The position numbers and the translations under genes are program-made. Positions 49,313-60,132 of a DNA stretch of 64,000 nt are shown piece after piece (positions within the stretch are counted from its first letter, which is position 1; every line of letters starts with the position of its first letter). Where the stretch lies: positions 96,001 through 160,000 of the forward strand of contig JBCBUK010000006.1 in NCBI GenBank assembly GCA_039818205.1, in the 5' to 3' direction. The DNA comes from Verrucomicrobiota bacterium (GTDB lineage: Bacteria > Verrucomicrobiota > Verrucomicrobiia > Opitutales > Cerasicoccaceae). Below the pieces are notes generated by a model, which had not been told where the DNA came from, did not search any database, and saw only the letters and a program-made list of their open reading frames with translations.

Positions 49313-51606
49313 TATTTTTTCCCCTGGGTTTTGGAGGCGCCACTACGCATCGGGAACGGTGCATTGGCACCCGCACTCGGGGCGGGTTTCTCTTTGGCTT
49401 GTTGGCCGCCGCCACTGCCGCGCATTGGGAAGGGCATGCGAGTCAACCCAGTGGATACCTTGTCTTTGACCTTGAAGCGAGACACCTCGCTGCGCAGTCC
49501 GTTGACGGCTTGGTGCAGCGCCTTGGTGGCTTCGTCAAATTCGTTGAGGGAGGCTGTAGTGCGTTGGGCACCATCGCGCAAGGATGACATGGCTTCGCTG
49601 ATTTGCTGCGCCCCCTGGGTCTGAGCTTCCATGCCCTCGCGCACCATCACAAAGCGTGGCGTGACCGTTTGCACGCCGGTGATGATCTCATCCAAGCGTT
49701 CGCCCAGGTCGCCGACTTCTTCAACGCCGTTGCGAACGGATTCGTTAAACTTGTCCATCTCCATCACGCCAGAACTCACGGCCGCTTGCATCTCATTAAC
49801 CATGCTGTCGATGTTCACGGTGGCCTGCGCCGTTTGGTGGGCGAGGCGCCGGATTTCCCGGGCGACAACCGCGAACCCTTGGCCGTGCTCACCCGCTTTT
49901 TCTGCCTCGATAGCGGCGTTGAGCGAAAGGAGATTCGTTTGTTCGGATACCTTACCGATAGTGGTAACGACCTTGGTAATATTGTTGGCCTTTTCGCTGA
50001 TCACGGCGAGCTTTGCGGCAATCGATCCAGTGGCCGACGAAAGGTTGTCCATCGACTGGCTCATGTCGTTGAGCTGGCGTCGTCCGTCCTCGGCGACATG
50101 TCCGGTGTCGTCGGCCGATTTGGCAACATCTCGCATGGTGCGCAGGAGTTCCTTTGAAGTCGCGGTAATCTGATTGACCGCCGTGGCAATCTGCTGGGTC
50201 GACGCGCCAAAGTCCTGGATTGTGGCTTCCTGGCTTTTGGAGGCGCCGCTGATGCGGGTCGCGGTCGAGACCAGTTGGATGGTTGAGTGCTTCACCTGCA
50301 AAATCAAGGCGTTCAGGCTAATGACCATTGAATCAATGGCGGTCAACAGCTGACCAGTCTCATCATGAGTGGATATTTCGACGTCGGCAGTCAGGTCGCC
50401 CGCAGCAACTTTTTGCGCAAGGTCGTTGGCGTGCCGAATCCGCGCGCTGAAGCGGTTGGCAAAAACAACAATTACGAGCACCATCGTAAGGATGCCAATA
50501 AGACCAACGATGAGCGCTCGCCGGATGTCAGCCCAGGTGGGTCCCGTGATGGCCTCTTCGGGAACGGTCATTACGATGCGCCAGCCACCGGTTTCGATAT
50601 AGTCGCTCGCGATGAATGACTGGCCATCGCTCAGGGGGTCATCGAACAGGATTGGTGCGCTGCCCTGCTTGGTGAGGGAAAGCTGGTGGAAGAGCTCGCG
50701 GTAGCTTTGGTCGACTCCTGCGTCTTGTAAGCGGACGCCACGGTCTTCATTGAATTTGAGCATGCCATCGCCATCGCGGTTTTTGTCGAAGATACCGAGC
50801 ATGACGTTCGCTTTGCCATCGGATGCCTTCTCGACGTAGAACCGATCCACGGGAAGTGTGCGGTACGAATCACCCAGGGTGGTCGCGATGATGCGGCGAT
50901 CGTTGCTGACTAAATAGAGTTGGGCGCCCGAGTAGGGAAGCATGTCCTGCAGCGATTTCGTGAGTGTGTCCAAGGCTCGGTCGACCCCGGCGACTCCCAT
51001 GAAACGGCCGTTGATAACAATTGGCGCCATCTGTTCCACGATGAGGTTGAGTTCGTTGTAAATGTAGGGCTCGGTGATGAGGAAACGCAGGTCGGGATTC
51101 TTCGCAAGTGCCTTGCGAACGCCATCGTAGTAGAGGGAGGTTTCCATATCGACAAGCACCTCGGATTTGATGCGTCGGCCATCGCTCAGGTCGCGGAAGA
51201 AATACGGAAGGTAGCGGCCATCTTTGTCGACCCAGTTGGGTGGGTTGTCACCCATGGCTTCGAGGAAGCTCGCATCTTTCCCATCAGCATTTGCTTCATA
51301 GCCAATGGATACACCGACGAACTGAGGATTGGCTTCGAGGACGCGGCGGATCAATGCGGCCGATTCCTCCCGCAAGCCAATCATACCGCTCTCCTGGGCG
51401 TCGGCAATTGTTCGGGCGACCGTGACGGCTTCCAGATTTCCTTGTTCGATGCGTTGTGCGATTTTGGCGAGCTCTTCCCGCATCAGCTCTTTGTCTTTGG
51501 CTAAGATCCGGTTGTGGCTTCGGTAAATGTTGAAGACAGCCAGGCTGCCAGCAATGAACAGAACCGGCAGGAGAACGTAGACGATTATTTTGGTACGTAA
51601 ACTCAT
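49312..51606 (-). CDS. Methyl-accepting chemotaxis protein with dCache-like sensor
   Basis: Two [37 protein letters not shown]. Confidence 0.95.
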   Translation of the reverse strand: MSLRTKIIVYVLLPVLFIAGSLAVFNIYRSHNRILAKDKELMREELAKIAQRIEQGNLEAVTVARTIADAQESGMIGLREESAALIRRVLEANPQFVGVSIGYEANADGKDASFLEAMGDNPPNWVDKDGRYLPYFFRDLSDGRRIKSEVLVDMETSLYYDGVRKALAKNPDLRFLITEPYIYNELNLIVEQMAPIVINGRFMGVAGVDRALDTLTKSLQDMLPYSGAQLYLVSNDRRIIATTLGDSYRTLPVDRFYVEKASDGKANVMLGIFDKNRDGDGMLKFNEDRGVRLQDAGVDQSYRELFHQLSLTKQGSAPILFDDPLSDGQSFIASDYIETGGWRIVMTVPEEAITGPTWADIRRALIVGLIGILTMVLVIVVFANRFSARIRHANDLAQKVAAGDLTADVEISTHDETGQLLTAIDSMVISLNALILQVKHSTIQLVSTATRISGASKSQEATIQDFGASTQQIATAVNQITATSKELLRTMRDVAKSADDTGHVAEDGRRQLNDMSQSMDNLSSATGSIAAKLAVISEKANNITKVVTTIGKVSEQTNLLSLNAAIEAEKAGEHGQGFAVVAREIRRLAHQTAQATVNIDSMVNEMQAAVSSGVMEMDKFNESVRNGVEEVGDLGERLDEIITGVQTVTPRFVMVREGMEAQTQGAQQISEAMSSLRDGAQRTTASLNEFDEATKALHQAVNGLRSEVSRFKVKDKVSTGLTRMPFPMRGSGGGQQAKEKPAPSAGANAPFPMRSGASKTQGKK

Positions 51607-53861
51607 GGGCTTTCCGGGGAAGGCTTTTGATCTGAGGCATCGTCGTCTTCGATCGTTTTGAAGAGCGCGATTCCACCGTTAACAGCATCGACTGCCAGGT
51701 TAAGTTTGCTGGCCGCGTTCTGGAATCCGTCCAGAGCGGCCTTCGTTTGGATAGCAGCGGTGTTGAGTGATTCCACTGCTTCGGAAATTTGGCTGGCTCC
51801 GCTGGCCTGGGCATCCATGCCCTCCTTGACCGCTTCGAACCGTGGGGTGAGGCTTTCGACCTCGGAGATGATGTTTTCCATTTGGGAGCTCAGGCGGCCA
51901 ACACTGTCAACACTACTGCGGACGGCTTCGTTGAACTTATCCATCTCCATGACTCCGGCGCTCACGCTCGATTGCATCTCCTTGACCATTTGTTCGATGT
52001 CCAAAGTGGCAACTGCAGTCTGGTCCGCCAAGCGTCGAATTTCCCGGGCGACGACGGCAAACCCGAGTCCGAACTCACCAGCTTTCTCCGCTTCGATGGC
52101 CGCATTGAGGGACAGGAGATTGGTTTGGTCGGCGACCTTGGCAATGGTGGTGACCACGTTGTTGATATTCTGTGCCTTTTCCGCGATGATAGAAAGCTTG
52201 CCCGAAACCGATTTCGTGGCGACGGACAGGTCCTCGACGTCGTCCCGCATCGTATCTAGGTGGCTCCTGCCTTCGCCGGCGAGCGTGGTCGTCTGATGCG
52301 CGCCCTTGGAGACATTTTTCATCGTGTTGGACAGCTCGAGTGAGGTCGTGGAAATCTCTTTAACCGCAGCGGCGATCTGGGTGCTTGATGAGCCAAAGTC
52401 TTGCGCGGTGCCGGTCTGTAGTTTGGCGGTGCCGCTGATTTCCTGGGCCGACTCGGTCAATTGATTTGAGGCCCCCTTCATCTCGGATACGAGCTGCTCC
52501 AGGTTGCCGATCATATCCTGGATGGCCCGAAAGAGTTCGCCGGTTTCGTCTTGAGCTAGCGATAGGTCGCGCAGCTTAGATTGCGTGTTGCAGCGTTCCC
52601 GAATCGAGGCTTGGGCTTCGGCAAGTTCGCCGCGGGCAACATAGCCAGCGATCTCAGTTAGGTAGGTGATGGGGCTGGCAATCCAGGCACCCAGCCAAGT
52701 GGCGACGACGAAGATCACGACTAAGAGCCCAAAAGCGCCAACGAGTGTCCAAAACAGGATTTCATTGAAAACCTGGCGAATTTGTCGGTGCGGCTCGGCG
52801 AAGTCTTCCTGAAAGGCGGTCACGCCAATCACCCAATCCCAGGGTGCGAAGTAGGTGAAGTGAATGTTGAGCTGATGTTCGACTCCCTGGAAGTCCTGCC
52901 AGAAAAACGTATCGTCTTCGACGATACCGGGTTCCAAGCCGATGGCTCGTTTGCGAATCGTGTCGAAAAACGTGTCTCCATTGAGATCCCGCGTTGTCTC
53001 GATGTCCTCACTGTGTGGGAACTGGCCGCTGGTGAGAACAAAGTCTCCTGCGCGGTTGTTGTCCAACCCAAACATGACCCATACGTAGCCGTTGTCGCCC
53101 ATCTCGATCTCAGAGATCGCCGTCCGCAAGGCGGGCGTTGCCTCCTGGCGCACCCCAACATAGAGCATTCCGACGACGTAGCCGCGCTCATTGAATATCG
53201 GGCGATAGGAGGTCAAATACCATCGGTTGACGACGAATGCGCGGCCTTCAAATACTTCGCGCTCCTTGACGACGCGCTTGATTACCGGATTCGGTAGCCC
53301 GTCGTTGTTCATTGCTGGGATGAAGGTGCCGACGGCACGGAAGCCATCGTGGCCTTCCACATTCGTTGCGACCCGCAGCATGTCACCTTCTTCGTTGATC
53401 CGTTGGAAGATCGTGCAGGTGCCGCCGACTAAGTCCTTAACCTGGTCAACGACGGGTGAGCGCGTGGTGAAGGTTTTGTTGGGCCGGATCACCGTGTCGC
53501 CAACAATCATCTCCGGGAGGGCGACCGAGCGTGAATCGTCGGGATCATACTGGTTGCGCGCGGACCAGACCACGGATTCCTCACCAAAATTGATGCCGCC
53601 TTGATTTTTGAGCACGTAGTCCGCAACCGAAAGCGTTTTGTTTACCTGCTTCTGGGTGAGGACATTGGCCACGTTACATAGGCTATAGATGTCCTCCACC
53701 GAGTGATCCAGGTTCTCACCAATGATTTCATCGATCTCCTTATCAATCACCTTGCTGCTTTGCCGTTCCTGGACAGCGATCAAGATTGCCAGACCGAGGA
53801 CTGGCAAAAGGGCCGAGAAAATCGCCAGACCCGCAACCTTGTGACGTAAGCGAAGCTTCAT
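51603..53861 (-). CDS. Methyl-accepting chemotaxis protein with Cache_3/Cache_2-like sensor
   Basis: GTCTIFQR...MLRVATNV...RAVGT, GMLYVG; MCP signature. Confidence 0.95.
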   Translation of the reverse strand: MKLRLRHKVAGLAIFSALLPVLGLAILIAVQERQSSKVIDKEIDEIIGENLDHSVEDIYSLCNVANVLTQKQVNKTLSVADYVLKNQGGINFGEESVVWSARNQYDPDDSRSVALPEMIVGDTVIRPNKTFTTRSPVVDQVKDLVGGTCTIFQRINEEGDMLRVATNVEGHDGFRAVGTFIPAMNNDGLPNPVIKRVVKEREVFEGRAFVVNRWYLTSYRPIFNERGYVVGMLYVGVRQEATPALRTAISEIEMGDNGYVWVMFGLDNNRAGDFVLTSGQFPHSEDIETTRDLNGDTFFDTIRKRAIGLEPGIVEDDTFFWQDFQGVEHQLNIHFTYFAPWDWVIGVTAFQEDFAEPHRQIRQVFNEILFWTLVGAFGLLVVIFVVATWLGAWIASPITYLTEIAGYVARGELAEAQASIRERCNTQSKLRDLSLAQDETGELFRAIQDMIGNLEQLVSEMKGASNQLTESAQEISGTAKLQTGTAQDFGSSSTQIAAAVKEISTTSLELSNTMKNVSKGAHQTTTLAGEGRSHLDTMRDDVEDLSVATKSVSGKLSIIAEKAQNINNVVTTIAKVADQTNLLSLNAAIEAEKAGEFGLGFAVVAREIRRLADQTAVATLDIEQMVKEMQSSVSAGVMEMDKFNEAVRSSVDSVGRLSSQMENIISEVESLTPRFEAVKEGMDAQASGASQISEAVESLNTAAIQTKAALDGFQNAASKLNLAVDAVNGGIALFKTIEDDDASDQKPSPESP

Positions 53862-54021
53862 TCCATCGAAATGGTAAGATAGAACATCCTGTCGGTCTCC
53901 CAAACTCTTGGCAAGGCGAGAGTTCCGCCAGAAATACGAGGATTGCCATTGCCTTGGGAATAAGTCATTGTGTTCTCGCTTCTTAAGAGTCCCCGTCTAA
54001 CTTCACAACGCTTCTTCGGTT

Positions 54022-56100
54022 TTGGCGTTTAATATTCACCTCCAATCTCGCCCGTTGCGCGATAAGCTATCGATTACGATCGCTTTGACCGGATTTGTGG
54101 TTCTCGTTTTGGCGGCTGCCGGGATGGCAACCTATCAGTGTTTTGCCAGTTTGAAGCACATGGAGGACCTGCTGCGCTCCAACGCAACCTTGATTGCGGG
54201 AGAGCTAGTTTCGGCGACCGATCAGCAGGAGGAAGACGAGATTCATACTGCCCTACGGTCGCCACTAGACAACGAGAACCTCTTGTGGACGAGCTTCCGG
54301 AGCAGTGATGGTGAGACCACGTATGCCTACGCGAGCGGCCGGCATGAGCCCGAGATTCCTGGATTGGAGTTGGAGGAGAAAATGTCGCTGCGCGATGGCA
54401 TGGCCATCCTGCATTTTCGGGTAATTAAGAATGGCCGCTACTATGGGACGCTTTCGCTTGCCTCAAATCTGAATCCGCTCTGGCACTCGATGCTCACGGG
54501 CCTGGGGGCAACCATGCTCGTGGTTTCCGTCTGTATGATCGTGGCGCTACGCTTGTCTTGCCGCTTGTTGGAGTTTATTTTAGTTCCCGTGCGGCAATTA
54601 GCGGAAACGGCAGGGCGCATCACTCGATCCAACAATTTTTCGCTTCGTGCGATTAAGCAAACGGATGACGAACTTGGCCGGCTGACGGAGTCATTCAACC
54701 ATATGCTCGAGCATATCGAAAAACGGGAATCGGACCTCAAGGTGACTCAGTCCGAACTCGAGACCAAGGTTGAGCAACTCAACAAGGAGCAGGATCAGTT
54801 GCGGCAAGCGCAGGACCGGGAACGTCGGCTGCAGCAACGATTGGTCATTGCTCAGCGCTTGGAGTCACAGAATCTCCGACATGCGAAGGAGCAGGCTGAA
54901 TCTTCCAGCAGTGCCAAATCGGAGTTTCTCGCTTCGATGAGTCACGAGATCCGAACGCCAATGAATGGTATCATGGGCTTTGCCTCCCTGCTCCGCGAAA
55001 CCAAGCTCGATGAGGAGCAAGCGGAATTGGCGGACATCATTCATTCGAGTGCCAACAATTTGCTGACGCTCCTGAATGACCTCCTCGACTTCTCCAAGAT
55101 TGAGTCCGGCAAGATCGATTTGGACTACGCGCCTTGCGACTTGGACGGTCTCTTGGTTGAGGTGGAATCGATCTTCCGTCACGAGATCTTGCGCAAAAGC
55201 ATCAAATTCTCCGTCCACTGCAGCTCGCGAACCCCCAAAACGATTGTCACCGACGCTGGGCGCCTGCGCCAAATCTTATTTAACCTGGCTGGAAACGCGA
55301 TAAAGTTCACGGACGAAGGATCGGTTGAGGTCCATATCGACGCAATGGCGGTTGGTAAAGAGCAACCGCTGGCGGAGTACTCGTTGAGCATCGAGGTGCG
55401 CGATACTGGCATTGGTATCGCAGAATCTGATTTGAAGAGAATTTTCAACTCCTTCACGCAAGTGGATGCGTCGACCACCAAGCGTTATGGCGGTGCGGGG
55501 TTGGGCTTGGCGATTACCCGCCGGCTGACCGAGATGCTTGGCGGTGAAGTTGGTGTAAAGAGTGACCCCGGAAAAGGCTCAACGTTCTTTGTGAATATTC
55601 CTGTCCGCGGTGCGAAGATCGGGGCTGGTGGTGATTTACTGGAATCGATTCCCACGGCTCCCAATGGGACGCCTTTACGCGTTTTGGTTGCTGAGGACAG
55701 TCATGTCAGCCAGAAGCTATGCGAAGCCTTGCTGAAGAAACGAGGTCATTTCGCGCAGATTGTCGGCACGGGGGAGGAGTTACTACGCCAGTTTGAACCC
55801 CGAAAGTTCGATGTGGTCGTGGCTGATGTTCATATGCCCAACATTGATGGCTTCACGGCGATCGCAAAGATTCGCAAACGTGAGAGCGAAGTCGAGGACC
55901 CAGAGTACCTTCCCGTGTATGTGATTGTGGTAACCGCAGATGCCATTGGCAGCAATCGGGAGAGTGCGCTTCGGGCGGGGGCGGACGAATACCTCAACAA
56001 GCCCATGGTCAAGGAGGAGTTTCTGGCGTTAATTCGCAAGGCTCAAGAGCGGGTTGACCGGCCGGCTGAGCACAATAAAGGCCCAACCGAGAACGGTTGA
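54022..56100 (+). CDS. Membrane hybrid histidine kinase (sensor-HAMP-HisKA-HATPase-REC)
   Basis: FLASMSHEIRTPMNG, NAIKFT, DTGIGI, GAGLGL, REC DVHMP; start uncertain. Confidence 0.92.
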   Translation: MAFNIHLQSRPLRDKLSITIALTGFVVLVLAAAGMATYQCFASLKHMEDLLRSNATLIAGELVSATDQQEEDEIHTALRSPLDNENLLWTSFRSSDGETTYAYASGRHEPEIPGLELEEKMSLRDGMAILHFRVIKNGRYYGTLSLASNLNPLWHSMLTGLGATMLVVSVCMIVALRLSCRLLEFILVPVRQLAETAGRITRSNNFSLRAIKQTDDELGRLTESFNHMLEHIEKRESDLKVTQSELETKVEQLNKEQDQLRQAQDRERRLQQRLVIAQRLESQNLRHAKEQAESSSSAKSEFLASMSHEIRTPMNGIMGFASLLRETKLDEEQAELADIIHSSANNLLTLLNDLLDFSKIESGKIDLDYAPCDLDGLLVEVESIFRHEILRKSIKFSVHCSSRTPKTIVTDAGRLRQILFNLAGNAIKFTDEGSVEVHIDAMAVGKEQPLAEYSLSIEVRDTGIGIAESDLKRIFNSFTQVDASTTKRYGGAGLGLAITRRLTEMLGGEVGVKSDPGKGSTFFVNIPVRGAKIGAGGDLLESIPTAPNGTPLRVLVAEDSHVSQKLCEALLKKRGHFAQIVGTGEELLRQFEPRKFDVVVADVHMPNIDGFTAIAKIRKRESEVEDPEYLPVYVIVVTADAIGSNRESALRAGADEYLNKPMVKEEFLALIRKAQERVDRPAEHNKGPTENG

Positions 56101-56127
56101 GCCTGGAAATTGATCCCTGAGAACTAA

Positions 56128-56463
56128 CTAGGAGAGTGCTTCCACTGCTTCTTCGCGAGTCCCGTAGATTGGGAAAATCGAGGTGAAGCCAGAGATTTCG
56201 AACACTTGCTTAACGTTCGGATTGAGGGTCGAAAGAGCGATCGAACCGCTGAGTTTTTTGAACTGCTTGGCGGCTGCGAGAAGAACGCGCAAACCAGCAC
56301 TGCTGATGTAATCGAGTTCGCGGCAGTCGACGAGCACTTTGGCTTCCTTGGCTTCGACAAGAGCGTTGAGGGTCTCCTCAAGCTGCCCGGAAGTACCTGC
56401 ATCCAAGCGGCCCTTCAAGCTGACAATATTGGTGCTGTCCTGTTTTTCCTGATTGATTTCCAC
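56128..56463 (-). CDS. STAS anti-sigma-factor antagonist
   Basis: GRLDA, LDYISSAGLRVL, VFEISG. Confidence 0.92.
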   Translation of the reverse strand: MEINQEKQDSTNIVSLKGRLDAGTSGQLEETLNALVEAKEAKVLVDCRELDYISSAGLRVLLAAAKQFKKLSGSIALSTLNPNVKQVFEISGFTSIFPIYGTREEAVEALS

Positions 56464-56669
56464 AGTGGTAAGGGGGTTCGTCGATTAAGTTAGTAAAAGA
56501 ATTTTGATTGTCCAAAAAATGAGGAGACAGCCCCGGGTTCAAGGTTTTTTATGCATTGGGCAGATATTTCATTTTGAGCAGCAACTCATCTTTAGAGCCA
56601 ATTGGGGCAAATATCACCGTCGGTCTCGCCACCGTTACCGAGGCCGGGAGCGGGTACTTGGGCCGGTAT

Positions 56670-58523
56670 TTACGATTCGGCTATGTAGGGATTGTCGAGT
56701 TTCTTTGAAACCTTGCGGAGATAGGGATGGTCGGCCTGACTGACTGTAATCGTGGTCCCTTGCACGTGGACCATGTTTTGCAATTGTTCCGTGATTTGAT
56801 CAGTCTCTTCCTCGGGCAGGCGTGTTTCAATGGCGAGTACGTAAATTGGATAGTGGTCGTAGTAGTCAGCTTTCTTTTCCAAAAGCACAATGTGACTGAT
56901 TGAGCCCTCGAATAGTTCGCAGGTATGGATTATGTCGACCCATTCGTTCTCCGGAAGGCTCGGTACGCTAAAATCATCGTCTCGACTCACGGAAAGGCGC
57001 TCTGGGGCGTAGAGGTTGGCGTTGTCGTAGAACTGCTCGATGTGCGATTGCAGCACATCGGCTGTTTCGCGGTCGCGAACCCGCAAGGACCACTCATAGG
57101 CGAAAAGAGCGGCTTGGAGATAGCACATCGGATCGCCTTCCATGGCCTGATAAAAGTGTTTCAAGCAGTCATCAGCATCGAGGCGAAATTTCATTATGCC
57201 GATGGCCAGCTGGGCGTGAGCGCAATTCGGGTAGAGTCGGCCGAATTCTAAGAAATATTTGAGCGAATCGCGCGGTCCATAAATTTCCGAAGCCAATTTG
57301 GCCAACTGCCATCGATAGGCGGGCAGCGGGTGCTCCTTGATTAAGTTGCGCAGCCGATTGACTTGTTTGTCCTTCTCGCGAAGTATTTCGTGTTCGATTC
57401 TCCAGGAAAGCATGGTTCCGCGGCACCAAAGCTCATCGATTTCGGTGACTAACTGGGCCGACGCGCGGCCAAAGTAGTATTCTCCCGCACTGCGCTCGTT
57501 GGAAAAATTGAGTTGAGGCTCTTCGCCGACCGATGCCAGACGATCAGCAAGTGCCGGGTGGGTATCGCCAGGCATCGTTCGCTCCTGCATGGCGCGTTGG
57601 ACGTAGTGGGGGCCACGGCGCATCCAAAGGTCCTGAGTGGTCATTTTGATCATCCGCTGGAGGAGGCCCACCGGCGGCTCCCGGTGGTAATACATCTCCA
57701 TCCGGACCCGGTCCTGAATTTCCTGGTTCAGGAAGCCCACGGTTGCCTCAACCTTACAGAGTGAGGACGCGATGTCTTGCGGGTCCGAATAGTGGGCGGA
57801 AAACCAGTCGGCTTTATACTCGGCAAGCCGGCCTTTGACGAGGCGCCAGGCGCTCATTCTGGGGGCCAGCCATCGGTAGAGCGGGAGGAAAAGATAATGG
57901 CGCCAGCTGCGTTTTTCGGCGTTCAGGCCGGCTAGGCGTTCCCAGGTATGCATGACGCGTAAAAAGAACGACCCTGAGGCGCCATCGTGGTTCACAATGT
58001 GGCCCATCTCGTGGGTCACAACCGTTCGAAACTGCTCGGTACTCAGGAGGTAGAGCAGCGGGAGTCCAATGATCAAGTAGTTCTTCGGAAAGAAGAGATT
58101 GAGCAGTCTTGGTTGCTGGATGATGGCCGCGTTCACATCCAGTACGAAGTAAATCTGGTGGATCTTCGGGCAACCCGTCATCCGGCGTATTTGTTCAATC
58201 TCGGTCCGAAATTTCTGACTGGTTTGGTCATCGATGATGAGGCCCTCAGGTGCTGGTATCTCAAACCAAAGTGCCCGCAGAATCGCTTTGAAAAGGAGTA
58301 CGCCGACCAGTAAAATAACCAACTTCCACGGATAGCCATCGAACGATTGAAAAAGAAGGTATCCGCCAACCCCCATCAACCCGATCGCTATGCTAATTAG
58401 CAGTATTGGATAGCCGTAACAAAGGAGACAAAAACGTCGGTATTGCTTCTCGAAGCGCTCAGGATTGGCTTCCGAGAGTTCTGTCAGTCGCCGATTCAGC
58501 GCTTCATACTCAGACTTTTTCAT
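56670..58523 (-). CDS. M48 family zinc metallopeptidase
   Basis: VNAA, IGLPLL, HEMGH, EYKAD, DTHP..ADRL. Confidence 0.88.
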   Translation of the reverse strand: MKKSEYEALNRRLTELSEANPERFEKQYRRFCLLCYGYPILLISIAIGLMGVGGYLLFQSFDGYPWKLVILLVGVLLFKAILRALWFEIPAPEGLIIDDQTSQKFRTEIEQIRRMTGCPKIHQIYFVLDVNAAIIQQPRLLNLFFPKNYLIIGLPLLYLLSTEQFRTVVTHEMGHIVNHDGASGSFFLRVMHTWERLAGLNAEKRSWRHYLFLPLYRWLAPRMSAWRLVKGRLAEYKADWFSAHYSDPQDIASSLCKVEATVGFLNQEIQDRVRMEMYYHREPPVGLLQRMIKMTTQDLWMRRGPHYVQRAMQERTMPGDTHPALADRLASVGEEPQLNFSNERSAGEYYFGRASAQLVTEIDELWCRGTMLSWRIEHEILREKDKQVNRLRNLIKEHPLPAYRWQLAKLASEIYGPRDSLKYFLEFGRLYPNCAHAQLAIGIMKFRLDADDCLKHFYQAMEGDPMCYLQAALFAYEWSLRVRDRETADVLQSHIEQFYDNANLYAPERLSVSRDDDFSVPSLPENEWVDIIHTCELFEGSISHIVLLEKKADYYDHYPIYVLAIETRLPEEETDQITEQLQNMVHVQGTTITVSQADHPYLRKVSKKLDNPYIAES

Positions 58524-58662
58524 TGTAGCGGGGTGGGACGGGTGACACTGCAGAGAATCCTCCTGACGACAATGTTTATCGGCTTGTATTGTTTGGTCAG
58601 CCGATCGACTTATCGCGGAAATCAATTGCGTGGGTAGGGTGCGCGATATTGATTGTTAGCAG

Positions 58663-59151
58663 ATGAAATTCCACGGACCAGTTACGGAGGCGGATTTTGT
58701 GTCCGCACAATGGCTTTACATTGCAGCAAATCCTAAGGCTGTGCTCGTCCGGTTGGGTTTAATCATCGGAATAATCGTGTTGGTAGCCATTCTCCTAAGT
58801 CGCGAGGTCATGGAACTAATGCCGTTTTTTCTAGCCGCCCTGGTCTTTGCTTTTCTACTGATAATCTTTTACTGGCCCTACCGTTGGAAGATGTACTATC
58901 GGCGACAGAAAGCGCTCCAGGCGAGTTTCACCTGGGAGTTTGATGGGGATTCGATCCAAACGAATTCGCCGTTGGCGCAGGGAACGGTTCAGTGGGAGGT
59001 CTTTTCCCGTTGGAAGGAGGGCAACGGATTATTCCTGCTGTTTCAAACTGAGCGGATGATGAATATTCTGCCCAAACACGGATTTGCATCGGACGAGGAT
59101 GTCGATGCGTTTCGCGAGCTGCTGAAGGAAAAGATTGGCCCCAAACGATGA
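58663..59151 (+). CDS. YcxB-family membrane protein
   Basis: Two TM then W..F...E...FLL...ILPK..F. Confidence 0.7.
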   Translation: MKFHGPVTEADFVSAQWLYIAANPKAVLVRLGLIIGIIVLVAILLSREVMELMPFFLAALVFAFLLIIFYWPYRWKMYYRRQKALQASFTWEFDGDSIQTNSPLAQGTVQWEVFSRWKEGNGLFLLFQTERMMNILPKHGFASDEDVDAFRELLKEKIGPKR

Positions 59152-59269
59152 AAATTTGTCTGCCAAGGCTTGTCCGCTTTGGTGCGCTGCCACCATTTTA
59201 TAGGACGAATCGAAAGGCTGGATCAGGTTGCGTTCGGCCTCCCGCTGCGACGCTCGGTCCCGCGGTCAA

Positions 59270-60127
59270 CTAGCTCTTCTCGAGAACTTCAACGGCGCCG
59301 GATTGGGCCGCGACGATAAGTGGACGCTGCGAGAGAATTTCGCCGGGTTGGCCCATGAGGTGGTCGAGTACCTTGGTTCGCCAAATAAAGGTCCGTTGGC
59401 CTGGGAAAATCTGGTCGCAGAAAGCTCCCGGGTAGGGATGGGTCACCGCCCGGACAAGGTTGTGAACCGCGCGGGCATCCTGATACCAGTCGATCCGTCC
59501 ATCTTCCGGGCGTCGTCCGCCAAAATAGGTTGCTTGAGATTCATCCTGGGGGATGCGCGGAGCCGTGCCAGCTAGCAGCGCCTGAACCTGTCGCTCGAGA
59601 ACCCGAACTCCTGCGTCGCGGACCCGGCGCATGACGTCAATTGCGGGCTCATCCGGGCCGATCGTGACGGCTTCCTGATCAACGATGTCGCCAGCGTCCG
59701 GTGCATCGACCATATGGTGGAGCGTGGCGCCCGTTTGGGTCTCCCCCTTGAGCACAGCCCAGTTGACCGGAGCGCGTCCACGGTACTTCGGGAGGTAGGA
59801 GCCGTGCAGGTTGAAGGCGCCCAAAGCGGCTTTTTCCAGCAGCCACTCGGGAAGCATATTCCGATAGTAGAATGAGAGAATGACCCAAGGCCGCAATTGT
59901 TCTTCGATCAGGGTTTCGTGTTCGGCTCGGGTGATTTTTTCCGGCTTGAACACGGGGATATGGTGCTCCTCGGCTAGCTTACTGACCGAGGGAAACCACT
60001 GATTCTCGTTCGGGTTGTCTTCGTGGGTGAAAACGCCGACGACCCGGCAATTCTGCTGCAGCAAGACCTTTAGGCACGCATGGCCCACGTCGCTGTAGCC
60101 GAAGACCAATACTCGTGGCGACTCCAT
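59270..60127 (-). CDS. N10-formyl-THF-dependent formyltransferase (ArnA N-terminal type)
   Basis: FGYSDVG, SFYYR, NLHGSYLPKYRGRAPVNW, DAGDI, NLVRAVTHPYPGAF. Confidence 0.9.
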   Translation of the reverse strand: MESPRVLVFGYSDVGHACLKVLLQQNCRVVGVFTHEDNPNENQWFPSVSKLAEEHHIPVFKPEKITRAEHETLIEEQLRPWVILSFYYRNMLPEWLLEKAALGAFNLHGSYLPKYRGRAPVNWAVLKGETQTGATLHHMVDAPDAGDIVDQEAVTIGPDEPAIDVMRRVRDAGVRVLERQVQALLAGTAPRIPQDESQATYFGGRRPEDGRIDWYQDARAVHNLVRAVTHPYPGAFCDQIFPGQRTFIWRTKVLDHLMGQPGEILSQRPLIVAAQSGAVEVLEKS

Positions 60128-60132
60128 GGCAA

